Below are positions 1 through 8,281 of a stretch of DNA of 42,498 nt, one piece after another. Below the pieces are notes generated by a model that was given only the letters and a program-made list of their open reading frames with translations, was not told the origin of the DNA and did not search any database. The position numbers and the translations under genes were made by a program. The stretch covers positions 1 to 42,498 of the IMG/VR virus record IMGVR_UViG_3300033405_000377, one strand, 5' to 3'. The DNA comes from a virus (lineage: Duplodnaviria; Caudoviricetes). The number at the start of each line of letters is the position of its first letter. Position 1 is the first letter of the stretch.

Positions 1-600
1 AACCTTCCGAAAACCTCCTTGCATCGTCATACTTGAAATCAATAACTTCCCTGCCTGTTTTGTCAATATAGCCCCATCTTCCATTCAAGTTGACACATGC
101 TAAGCCTTCCGAAAACCTCCATGTATTGTCATATTTGAAATCAATAACCTCCCTGCCTGCTTTATCAATAAATCCCCACTTGTCATATAACTCAATAGGA
201 ATATTATTTTGGTTATATTTTTCAACCGGATCATAAGAAATATAAAAGCACACACATGCTAAACCTTCTGAAAAATTCTCTGCACCTTCATATTTGAAAT
301 CAATAACTTCCCTGCCTGTTTTGTCAATATAGCCCCATTCCCCGTTTAATTTAACACATGCTAAGCCTTCCGAAAAACTCCTTGTATCGTCATATTTGAA
401 ATTAATAACTTCCCTGCCTGTTTTGTCAATATAGCCCCATTTCCTGTTTGATTTAACACATGCTAAGCCTTCCGAAAAACCCTCTGCATAGTCATATTTG
501 AAATCAATAACTTCCCTGCCTGTTTTGTCAATATAGCCCCATTTCCCGTTTAATTTAACACATGCTAAGCCTTCCGAAAAACTCCTTGTATCGTCATATT
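1..600. repeat. Coding tandem repeat, 102-bp (34-aa) unit
   Basis: ACACATGCTAA recurs at 252, 354, 456 and 558 (102-bp period) and at 93. The unit between 93 and 252 carries a 57-bp in-frame insertion. Confidence 0.9.
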
Positions 601-883
601 TACAAGGTATAATTTCATTTCCTCTTTCGTCAATGAAGCCTCTTTTTTCGTTTAATTCTACTGCAGATAATCCTTCGCTAAAATAAAGAACATAATCAAA
701 CTTGCAGGGAATAATAATCTCTTTTTTCTTATTACAAAACCCCCATTTATCGCCTTTACGGTAGGGTATTAATAATTGGTCGGAAAGGCTTAAGGCTTTG
801 ATTTTTTCTACCGTATCCAATTGTTGCCTTACACGGGTAGTAAGTTGGTTTTCTACTTTAATTAGCGAATTGTTGGAATCCAT
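1..883 (-). CDS. WG (KWG Leptospira-type) repeat protein, C-terminal part runs off the window edge
   Basis: Absent from the ORF track because there is no stop in the window. Hand translation from ATG 883: MDSNNSLIKVENQLTTRVRQQLDTVEKIKALSLSDQLLIPYRKGDKWGFCNKKKEIIIPCKFD, followed by repeated FSEGLACVKLNGKWGYIDKTGREVIDFKYD units. Starts 10 nt after the stop of the upstream gene. Confidence 0.9.
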   Translation of the reverse strand, partial: MDSNNSLIKVENQLTTRVRQQLDTVEKIKALSLSDQLLIPYRKGDKWGFCNKKKEIIIPCKFDYVLYFSEGLSAVELNEKRGFIDERGNEIIPCKYDDTRSFSEGLACVKLNGKWGYIDKTGREVIDFKYDYAEGFSEGLACVKSNRKWGYIDKTGREVINFKYDDTRSFSEGLACVKLNGEWGYIDKTGREVIDFKYEGAENFSEGLACVCFYISYDPVEKYNQNNIPIELYDKWGFIDKAGREVIDFKYDNTWRFSEGLACVNLNGRWGYIDKTGREVIDFKYDDARRFSEG

Positions 884-893
884 ATTCAATCAG

Positions 894-2285
894 TTATTTG
901 TAGTTTTTCAATTCGGTTTCGAGCATTTGACGAGTTTCTTCAAAATAGGCATCCCAGTTGGTAATGGCTTGTACTGTTTGGTAGCTTTTGTCAGCTTTCA
1001 GCTGGTTTACTTCCTGTTCCAGCTTATCTCGTTTTTCACGCATGGTAGCGGTAAGGGTTTGTAATTCCTTCTTTGCGTTCTGCTGTTGCGATTGATGTAC
1101 AAACATTCCTTGTTCCAAATGATGCAATATCTTTTCAACGGCTTCAATGTCGTTTGCCTCATAAGCAGTCCGAAGTTCGTTAAAAATCAATTCAGCTTTC
1201 TTTTTCCACTCTTCGCTTACCACGTCTGGATGGCATAGTTTGCTTGCCTTACGGAATAATGTCTTTATCTCATTTCTTTGTTCAGGTGTCAGCTCGGCCA
1301 CCTTCTTGCTTTTGGTTATTTCATTAGTTTGACGGTACTGTTCGTAATCTTTTGCGGCATCTTCATAGTCGGTATATTTCTTGTTGTCTTGTTCAGCTTG
1401 GACTTTCAGTTTTTCTTTCCGTTTTTGCAACACTTTCAGAATTAAATCGCCCAATTCATGTGAATAGCGCACATCAAATTCATGCAGCAACTTTTCAATT
1501 TCGGTCTTTTCATCTTCCAACGCATTGATTTGAAGTTCGAGCGCTTTTAATTCAAGCCGTAAAGCTTCTACTTCGCTATCCACATATACGGTAATTGCTT
1601 TGAACCGTTGCGTAAATTCATTGATTAGTTCTACCGCCTCTCCATAGGAAGAGTGGTTACAAAGACAAACAATCTTGTAGAGTGTTGTTACTTGTGGGTT
1701 ATCTGTTTCGGGAGCAAGTTGTCGGGTGATTTTTTGAAGGTGGTAATCAATTTCATCCAAATCTTTTAATAAAATCGCATTTTTAAGACTTTCCAAACGA
1801 ATGCAGACTTTGCCAAAGTCAATAAGAACCTGTTCTGTTTCAGTTCCAAAATAACGCACTTTCAAGTTTTGGAATTCCCTTAAAAATTCAGCAGCTAAAT
1901 CTTCATCTTCATTGATAACTGTAATTGATTCGTGGTTGTATTTTGCCTTGTTTGTCCAGTTGTATGAGCCATTTATAATAGTGTTTCCGTCAATCACACA
2001 AAATTTATTGTGCATAAGTGTTTCATGCCCCTCTTTGTCTTTAAACAGCCATACTTTACCCCCGGAATTGACCAATCTGGAGTAATTGATTCCGCTTTTG
2101 TTGTTAATTTCATCACTCATTAGTAGTAATTCAACTGCCACTTCTTGAGATGCTTTGCTGCAAAGCATCTCGAATAATGATATGTCAGTAAACCAAGCCA
2201 CTGCAATCGTTATAGAGTTTTTCGCCCGGGAGAGTTCATTAGAAATTTGTTCTGAAATATTTTCAAAATAGGCTTGTGTCCTCAT
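894..2285 (-). CDS. PLD-superfamily (single HKD, Nuc-like) domain fused to coiled coil and J-domain
   Basis: MHNKFCVIDGNTIINGSYNWT matches HxK(x4)D(x6)GSxN. LFRKASKLCHPDVV...IFNELRTAY is a J-domain with intact HPD. Start taken at MRTQAYF (2285) rather than 2369. Confidence 0.85.
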   Translation of the reverse strand: MRTQAYFENISEQISNELSRAKNSITIAVAWFTDISLFEMLCSKASQEVAVELLLMSDEINNKSGINYSRLVNSGGKVWLFKDKEGHETLMHNKFCVIDGNTIINGSYNWTNKAKYNHESITVINEDEDLAAEFLREFQNLKVRYFGTETEQVLIDFGKVCIRLESLKNAILLKDLDEIDYHLQKITRQLAPETDNPQVTTLYKIVCLCNHSSYGEAVELINEFTQRFKAITVYVDSEVEALRLELKALELQINALEDEKTEIEKLLHEFDVRYSHELGDLILKVLQKRKEKLKVQAEQDNKKYTDYEDAAKDYEQYRQTNEITKSKKVAELTPEQRNEIKTLFRKASKLCHPDVVSEEWKKKAELIFNELRTAYEANDIEAVEKILHHLEQGMFVHQSQQQNAKKELQTLTATMREKRDKLEQEVNQLKADKSYQTVQAITNWDAYFEETRQMLETELKNYK

Positions 2286-2288
2286 TTT

Positions 2289-2503
2289 TGGTTCAATCGT
2301 TAATCGTGTGAAATTGATAATATAGGCTATTTTATTTTCATTGAAAAGAAAATAATTTTGGGAAAACATTTATTCTAACGAAATAAAATAACGATAGCAT
2401 ACACATTATCACATAAATACAAAATTACATTGTACTGGAGATAGTTCTTAAGAGTCTAATTACGGTAGAATTTCACCCATTCACACGATTAACGATTGAA
2501 CCA
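2289..2503. repeat. Perfect 24-bp inverted repeat pair enclosing 167 bp (invertible segment or MITE/IS remnant)
   Basis: TGGTTCAATCGTTAATCGTGTGAA (2289-2312) and its exact reverse complement (2480-2503). No target-site duplication seen. Confidence 0.85.
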
Positions 2504-2600
2504 TAAAATAACTTCTTTGATACCTTGAATGTGGGTTTGTTTGTGAAAATCCCATCAAAGTAATAAAGCTAAGAGCAACAGTTAATAATAAAGCTTTCAT
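2481..2600 (-). pseudogene. Probable truncated secreted-protein gene, cut at the right inverted repeat
   Basis: MKALLLTVALSFITLMGFSQTNPHSRYQRSYF has a signal-peptide-like start, then reads into the IR (MVQSLIV*). Confidence 0.45.
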
Positions 2601-2875
2601 AGTTCTTTGTTTAGAGTATATCATTCTGTAAATCTTACTTGTTGTTTTTCAATGAGTAGGATTTATAGAGATAAAATCTTATTAGTTTAGGTTATGAGAA
2701 AACTCTCTATATGCAAATATTTTTGTGCAAATATACAAATATTTGGAAGTTATTCATCTTATTTTTATAAGCATAATTTAGATTTATTGCATTTAATCTA
2801 TGGATACGGTACTATTACATGTCATATATGGCATTGCATCCTGCAAATATATAGACTTTCTTTGACTTGTCAAAT

Positions 2876-3109
2876 ATGTCAAGTATGGAAAAATCTGATT
2901 TGTTGAAAATAGTAGGAAAACGGATAAAAGAAGTTAGGGAGAGTAAAAATATGGCTCAAGTTGACTTAGCGGTAAAAATGGAGGGTAATATCGACACAAC
3001 AAATATTTCACGTATTGAAGCAGGTAGAACCAATCCAACCGTTTATACCCTGTTCAGAATAAGCCAAGCCTTAGAAGTCTCAATGTCCGATTTGGTAAAT
3101 ATAATATAG
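2876..3109 (+). CDS. XRE-family HTH transcriptional regulator
   Basis: VGKRIKEVRESKNMAQVDLA...NISRIEAGRTNPTVYTLFRISQALEV is a typical HTH_3. Palindrome TTTGAC-TT-GTCAAA at 2861-2874 lies just upstream. Confidence 0.9.
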   Translation: MSSMEKSDLLKIVGKRIKEVRESKNMAQVDLAVKMEGNIDTTNISRIEAGRTNPTVYTLFRISQALEVSMSDLVNII

Positions 3110-3191
3110 TCTGAAGATAAATTTATAATTTACTGTTACAGTGTAACGTCTCTCTAAATGTTGTGTAGAGTTTTTGTCTGTATAAATTGAG

Positions 3192-3217
3192 CCTCTGGAA
3201 AATTCAGGGGTTTTTTT
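3192..3217 (+). terminator. Rho-independent terminator
   Basis: CCTCTGGA-AAA-TTCAGGGG followed by T7. Confidence 0.6.
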
Positions 3218-3254
3218 ATTTGGAAAAATGCAATTAATTAGTTACATTTGCAGA

Positions 3255-3620
3255 ATGGAAAACGAAGACAATAATACGGGATTGGTGCGTGCTGTCTTTT
3301 ATACTGACCAATTCAGGGAATTTTATAAAGACCTTGACGATAGGGTTAATAAAAAGATTGATTATGTGATACTTATAATAAAGGATTTGAAAGTAATACA
3401 TGCCGATTTTGTTAAAAAACTTGTCAATTCTGAATTGTATGAAATGCGTGTTAGTGTCGGAACAAATGAATACAGGACAATTTTATTTGCTATCGACCAT
3501 GAAAACATTATGGAATCAACACAGGTGATTATCCTAAACGGCTTTTTGAAAAAATCGAGTAAGGATTATGACAAACAGATTAAAAAAGCAATGAACATAC
3601 TAAATAGCTTGGAGCAATGA
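3255..3620 (+). CDS. RelE/ParE-family (Gp49/HigB-like) toxin
   Basis: VFYTDQFREFY...LYEMRVSVGTNEYRTILF...ILNGFLKKS. Toxin-first order with ATGA overlap to an HTH gene. A -7 box TACATTTG at 3243-3250 favours the 3255 start. Confidence 0.85.
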   Translation: MENEDNNTGLVRAVFYTDQFREFYKDLDDRVNKKIDYVILIIKDLKVIHADFVKKLVNSELYEMRVSVGTNEYRTILFAIDHENIMESTQVIILNGFLKKSSKDYDKQIKKAMNILNSLEQ

Positions 3621-3913
3621 GAAAAATAAATACATCACTATTGGGTAATGCTGCCGACCTTTTAGATGAAAGACATGGCAAAGAGGGTACACCCTCACGT
3701 GTGGAGTTTAATAAAGATGCAATTGCTTTCTATTATGGTGAAATACTGAAAGAAAAACGTAAAGAATTACGTCTTACACAGGAATATGTGGCTTGCAAAA
3801 CAGGGCTTAAAAGAAGTTATATCTCTAAAATAGAAAAAGGGGAAACGGATATGCAGATTTCAAGTTTTGTCAGAATTGCTGAAACTTTGGGATTGAAATT
3901 TTCATTATCATAA
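3617..3913 (+). CDS. HigA-like HTH antitoxin
   Basis: LLDERHGKEGTPSRVEF N-terminus plus XRE HTH (LTQEYVA...RSYISKIEKG). Confidence 0.85.
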   Translation: MRKINTSLLGNAADLLDERHGKEGTPSRVEFNKDAIAFYYGEILKEKRKELRLTQEYVACKTGLKRSYISKIEKGETDMQISSFVRIAETLGLKFSLS

Positions 3914-4024
3914 TAAGCAAATTTCTGAATGATGAAAGACAATTTTTTTGCTTTATGTCCAGTGTTGCCCCATTGTTATTTTAGTTTGGTGTTTCAGGAG
4001 TTTTTAATTTGCTTTAAATTGTAG

Positions 4025-4032
4025 TATCTTTG
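4025..4032 (+). promoter_or_regulatory. Bacteroidota -7 box, probable ssrA promoter
   Basis: TATCTTTG matches TAnnTTTG, about 117 nt upstream of the mature tmRNA. Confidence 0.55.
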
Positions 4033-4148
4033 CAGAGAAAACAAGACGATTGGAAGTGTTAAATCAGTGCATTTTGTTACCAGTTTGTTACTCGTCGCTT
4101 TTTGTAAGTCTTGTTTTTAGTTGATAATTAAATAGATAAAGAAAAACT

Positions 4149-4543
4149 GGGGTCGCTTGGTTTTGACAGCGGGTAGAAGAGGTATGTAAGCATGTCGAGC
4201 GCTGGGATGTCTGCTCGTAAATATCGATACTCAAAATTGTAACTGGCGAAAATAACTACGCTCTTGCTGCTTGATCGAAGTATAGTAGATCTTAGCTTTA
4301 TCTCTGCCGAGTGCAGGGACGAGACATCTCCCAAATGCCGTGGTCTCGAGGCTCTTTGATAAGGAGGTGCAGGAAAATCGGGAATAGTTGAACGCCGCCT
4401 CATGCGTTTGATGAAATTCAGAGGATAAGGTATCGGTTGGTGGCTTCGGTCTTGCCGGTGCACGAAAAATTCAGGCGAAGATAAACATGTAGAAAGCGTA
4501 TTGCTTCCTCGTTTGGACGCGGGTTCGACTCCCGCCGGCTCCA
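4149..4543 (+). ncRNA. ssrA: tmRNA
   Basis: 5' GGGGTCG pairs with 3' CGGCTCC-A, including the G3.U alanine determinant. T-arm GCGGGTTCGACTCCCGC. Tag ORF 4245-4274 reads GENNYALAA*. CCA is not encoded. Confidence 0.97.
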
Positions 4544-4548
4544 CTAAT

Positions 4549-4574
4549 AGCAGATAATCATTTGATTATCTGCT
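4549..4574. terminator. Hairpin immediately after ssrA (terminator-like, att-adjacent)
   Basis: AGCAGATAATCA-TT-TGATTATCTGCT. Confidence 0.6.
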
Positions 4575-4649
4575 GTTTGCGTTTAAATAACTGTCTGGAA
4601 TAAGTGTCTATCCTGTCTATTTTGCACATAAATTACTAATAATCAAGCA

Positions 4650-5870
4650 ATGGGAAGAAAAAAAGCCACAGCAATTTTACCACATTTGAATGATTCCGGT
4701 GGAGATATAAATAAGGAATGGTATGTTGAATATGGCTATAGGAATGCAGCAACCGATAAAATGGAGCGCTTCCGGATTTACAAAGGGTTGAATGATCAAG
4801 CGTCATTAAAAAATAGATACAAAGTAGCACAATCAATTATCAACGACTATGAAGAGAAGCTAAAAGGAGGATGGAATCCGTTTGATGACAAAGGGAAACG
4901 CATTATATATGAAGATGAGACTTTATATCATAACATATCCGTGATGTATGGACGACGGAAGGAGAGTAATGTAAATGTACGCACCTATCTAAGTGACTTT
5001 CTAGCACATAAGAAATCGGAATTACGGATAAAGAGCTATCAAACATATCAAAGCAAAATGAGATTATTCCTTGCATGGCTTGAAAGTAAAGATAAAGCAG
5101 CCATTGATGTCTCAGCAATAGATTGCGATATGATTGAAACTTTTCTGAAGAATATTGTTGCCGAAAAAAAGCTTAGTACGGCCACTGTGGCCAAATACAA
5201 ACAAATTCTACATCAGTTTTTCAATTATCTGAAAAGAAACAAGAAATTATTAATATCTAATCCTTTAGAAAATCTACCGCGTATTGGGATATTGAAAGAT
5301 GAAGCTCCAGACCCTATTAATGATAGGGATAGAAAGATATTAGGGCAAGAAATAGCCAAGCGTGATCCACAGCTATGGTTGGCGTGTCAACTGATGTATT
5401 ATTCCGCTTTGCGTCCTGGCGAAGAGATAAGGACTATGCGTATCCGGCAATTTAACTTTGCGACGCGATCAATCACAGTTTTTATAACATCGGCTAAAAA
5501 TGAACAACGAGAATCAATACGTATGTCGCAATTTTTGTTCAATGAACTTAAGAAAACATACAAGATGGATTCTTTTCCGGCAGATTGGTATGTATTTTCA
5601 TCCGGTGGGATGCCTGGGCCGACTGCATTGGGTAAAAATAATATGCGAATGCGCTTTAATCGAATTCGAGATGATTTAGGGATGCCAAGTGAATATAAGT
5701 TTTATAGTTGGAAGCATACCGGAGCGTCGGCTTTGACAGCTACCGGTATTAATCCTTTTGACTTACAGCATCATTTAAGACACAAAGACTTAAATTCAAC
5801 GCAGAAATATATTCGCAAACGCTTCGGGGAAAGTAATGAGATAATTACAAACAAGTTCCCAAAAATCTAA
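4650..5870 (+). CDS. int: Tyrosine recombinase / phage integrase
   Basis: SAM-like core-binding region, ALRPGE (catalytic R), YSWKHT in place of HxxR, and LRH...TQKY (catalytic Y). Adjacent to tmRNA. Confidence 0.93.
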   Translation: MGRKKATAILPHLNDSGGDINKEWYVEYGYRNAATDKMERFRIYKGLNDQASLKNRYKVAQSIINDYEEKLKGGWNPFDDKGKRIIYEDETLYHNISVMYGRRKESNVNVRTYLSDFLAHKKSELRIKSYQTYQSKMRLFLAWLESKDKAAIDVSAIDCDMIETFLKNIVAEKKLSTATVAKYKQILHQFFNYLKRNKKLLISNPLENLPRIGILKDEAPDPINDRDRKILGQEIAKRDPQLWLACQLMYYSALRPGEEIRTMRIRQFNFATRSITVFITSAKNEQRESIRMSQFLFNELKKTYKMDSFPADWYVFSSGGMPGPTALGKNNMRMRFNRIRDDLGMPSEYKFYSWKHTGASALTATGINPFDLQHHLRHKDLNSTQKYIRKRFGESNEIITNKFPKI

Positions 5871-8281
5871 CTCAATGGGCAAGATGTCGTGTTATATACT
5901 CTTGCTCCTGAAGCATCCACTGTAATACCTGGGAATCCCGGTAAATAATTAGCATTAAAATACGCAATCCAATCTGTTAATCGGGCATTAAAATCAGCAA
6001 CAGTTAAAGACATTAATTGTGCGTTGGTAATTACCTGATAAGTATTTCCATTCATAGAAAAGGCAATTTTCCCATCATATTCATTAGTAGCAATATAACC
6101 GTTAGTATAGGTTATATCAATCGCGATGCATAAAGTTCTTTGATAGCCCGAATTCGTACCGATCGCAGGTGCAGTGGAGACATAATATTGATAAGTGTCA
6201 TCAAGTGACGGCGTAATAGATTCAATTGTACAAGCAGGGATACGAAGATATTCATTTGATTCGCTATTGACAATTGCTTGTCCGGTTGATTGACCTTTTG
6301 GAATTGCTATTATAGAGGTACCATTTGTACTGCTGAAATTTGACGATCCTATTAGAATATAATCAGTTTCCCAATTAACGCAAATTGATATATCAGATGC
6401 TACCGGATATTGAGATTGAACAATCAAAGTAGTGTTAGCAGCACACGTTAATGTTAAAATATTTGGTTTCATATCCGAAGCTACCAATTCACAAACAAAA
6501 TTATCCCACCTAATTGCATAGATGTCTGTGGCTACATCCAGATAATGCTTAATCGTACGCAAAACAATTTCGGTAGTTCCTATTGTAGCACCCATATCCA
6601 CTTGCATTGTGTCGATAAATACCGGTTGATTCTTGTATAATTTTTGAATATGCAAGCCGTTCACTATCTGATTGAGCAGCGAAGGGGTAAGAGCTAAATC
6701 GACAGTTATTGAGTGATAAGATTTTGTTTTTACTTCATCACGGGTAGCGAAGTATGTATTGTAAGTTCCATTATCGCCAAAATATCCGAGTGTCAGCGCT
6801 CCCCATTTGTTTCCTTGAGAGTCATAACATGATGGTGTCCCCATATAGTAGCTATAGGTAAAAGTCTCTCCATTTTGTGTGAACGAAGATTGTTGGAGTG
6901 CCGGGACTGCGAAACAAAACATAAGGTCAAGATTGATCTTATCCTCGATGACGAGAGCTCCGGCTAATGTTAGCTGAGAATTCATATGTCGCCGGCTGCC
7001 AACGTATGGATGATACAATATTCCATCCGTCACACTATCGTTAATGGAAACGCCTACCATCGGAATAGCAGAATCGCCAGCAGAAATAGATTCAGTCGCA
7101 GTCCCAGTGGGAACCTGACCGAAAAAATTACTGCTTAACAAAGTACCATCCAAAAAATAAGCCTGCAAAATATTGTTTAGCAACGTACTACAAGTAGGAT
7201 ATTTGGCTAAGAATTTGGAATATCTATCATATGGAGTGGACGTCAAAGCTATGCCGGTAGATTCTGTAAGTTCTAATGGTTCCGGATCAACGTATTCTAT
7301 TTTTTCATCAGCGCAAATTAATGGGGTTAAATCCATATCAGGAGCTGTAGATAAGGCATCATTCCATGACCACACAGTAATAGTTTTTTTCACGCAATCG
7401 GGCACAAATTGCACGTTGAAACGATTACTAACAGCCTTAAGATAATCTTTTACCGTCATATCCGGGACAAGTTGCACCTCCTGCAATTTTCCATTCACGA
7501 TCGCATCTGCCGTGTTGTTCAGTTCAACCAGATGTTGCAATGCCGGGTCTGTATCAAAGATATTTGTTAGAAGGGTATAGCCAAGCATCGCAAATAGTTT
7601 GCGTAACACATACGATACTTTCAAGAAAGGAGTTACACCATAACCAACAGGAAGAGTAGTATATTCCGATCCGTCTATTTCAGTTTGAACAGAATATGCA
7701 GTGAATGAACATTGCGTATTCGACACCCATGTAAGAGCATTCAAAGAGTACCAGGTAAGAAATACCTGGCTAACGTTCACATAAGCCCCGGTGTTGGCTG
7801 TATATGAATAAACAAGGGGAAATAAGTCGTAATCTTCGGTTATTTCCTTACAATACACTTTCGTCAAATAATCTAGCCATTGCGTAGCCTTTTCAGTTAC
7901 GGTGCCGCTAAAAGGGTCTCGGGTTGGCCACGGGAGATCAGTCATCAGAAGCGCATCACTCATATCCGAGTATAACGATCCACCCCCAAAATAAAAAGTA
8001 GCAGGCAAGCCTTCAGCTCGAGAACATTGAAATAGCCGTAGTTTTCCTACTTGAAAAAACGGGTCCATTTGTAAATATGCCGTCCTGGATGTTTTATACC
8101 GGTCTCGGCTTTGGATTCGCTCAGGGTGATCAAGGACTGTTAAGTTTTCCTCAATATAGGGTAGTGAAACAGGCACGGATTGGCTTCCAATAGTTTGAGT
8201 TAACGGATTTGAATATTTTACCTGTATCGATCCATCGCCCGGTAAAATCAATTTCCCCTTTTCTGTGAATGCATTTATCAT
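5867..8281 (-). CDS. Phage tail-tip / minor tail structural protein
   Basis: Directly downstream of the TMP (ATGA overlap at 8278-8281). N-terminus SIQVKYSNPL...GSQSVPVSLP...N is typical of siphovirus tail-tip proteins. Confidence 0.7.
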   Translation of the reverse strand: MINAFTEKGKLILPGDGSIQVKYSNPLTQTIGSQSVPVSLPYIEENLTVLDHPERIQSRDRYKTSRTAYLQMDPFFQVGKLRLFQCSRAEGLPATFYFGGGSLYSDMSDALLMTDLPWPTRDPFSGTVTEKATQWLDYLTKVYCKEITEDYDLFPLVYSYTANTGAYVNVSQVFLTWYSLNALTWVSNTQCSFTAYSVQTEIDGSEYTTLPVGYGVTPFLKVSYVLRKLFAMLGYTLLTNIFDTDPALQHLVELNNTADAIVNGKLQEVQLVPDMTVKDYLKAVSNRFNVQFVPDCVKKTITVWSWNDALSTAPDMDLTPLICADEKIEYVDPEPLELTESTGIALTSTPYDRYSKFLAKYPTCSTLLNNILQAYFLDGTLLSSNFFGQVPTGTATESISAGDSAIPMVGVSINDSVTDGILYHPYVGSRRHMNSQLTLAGALVIEDKINLDLMFCFAVPALQQSSFTQNGETFTYSYYMGTPSCYDSQGNKWGALTLGYFGDNGTYNTYFATRDEVKTKSYHSITVDLALTPSLLNQIVNGLHIQKLYKNQPVFIDTMQVDMGATIGTTEIVLRTIKHYLDVATDIYAIRWDNFVCELVASDMKPNILTLTCAANTTLIVQSQYPVASDISICVNWETDYILIGSSNFSSTNGTSIIAIPKGQSTGQAIVNSESNEYLRIPACTIESITPSLDDTYQYYVSTAPAIGTNSGYQRTLCIAIDITYTNGYIATNEYDGKIAFSMNGNTYQVITNAQLMSLTVADFNARLTDWIAYFNANYLPGFPGITVDASGARVYNTTSCPLS

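Noticed and set aside
1-600. Regularly spaced repeats resembling a CRISPR array
   Set aside because: The period is 102 bp, the repeats are in frame and encode WG repeats; there are no unique spacers and no cas genes.
4128-4544. 138-aa minus-strand ORF
   Set aside because: It is the antisense shadow of the tmRNA gene.
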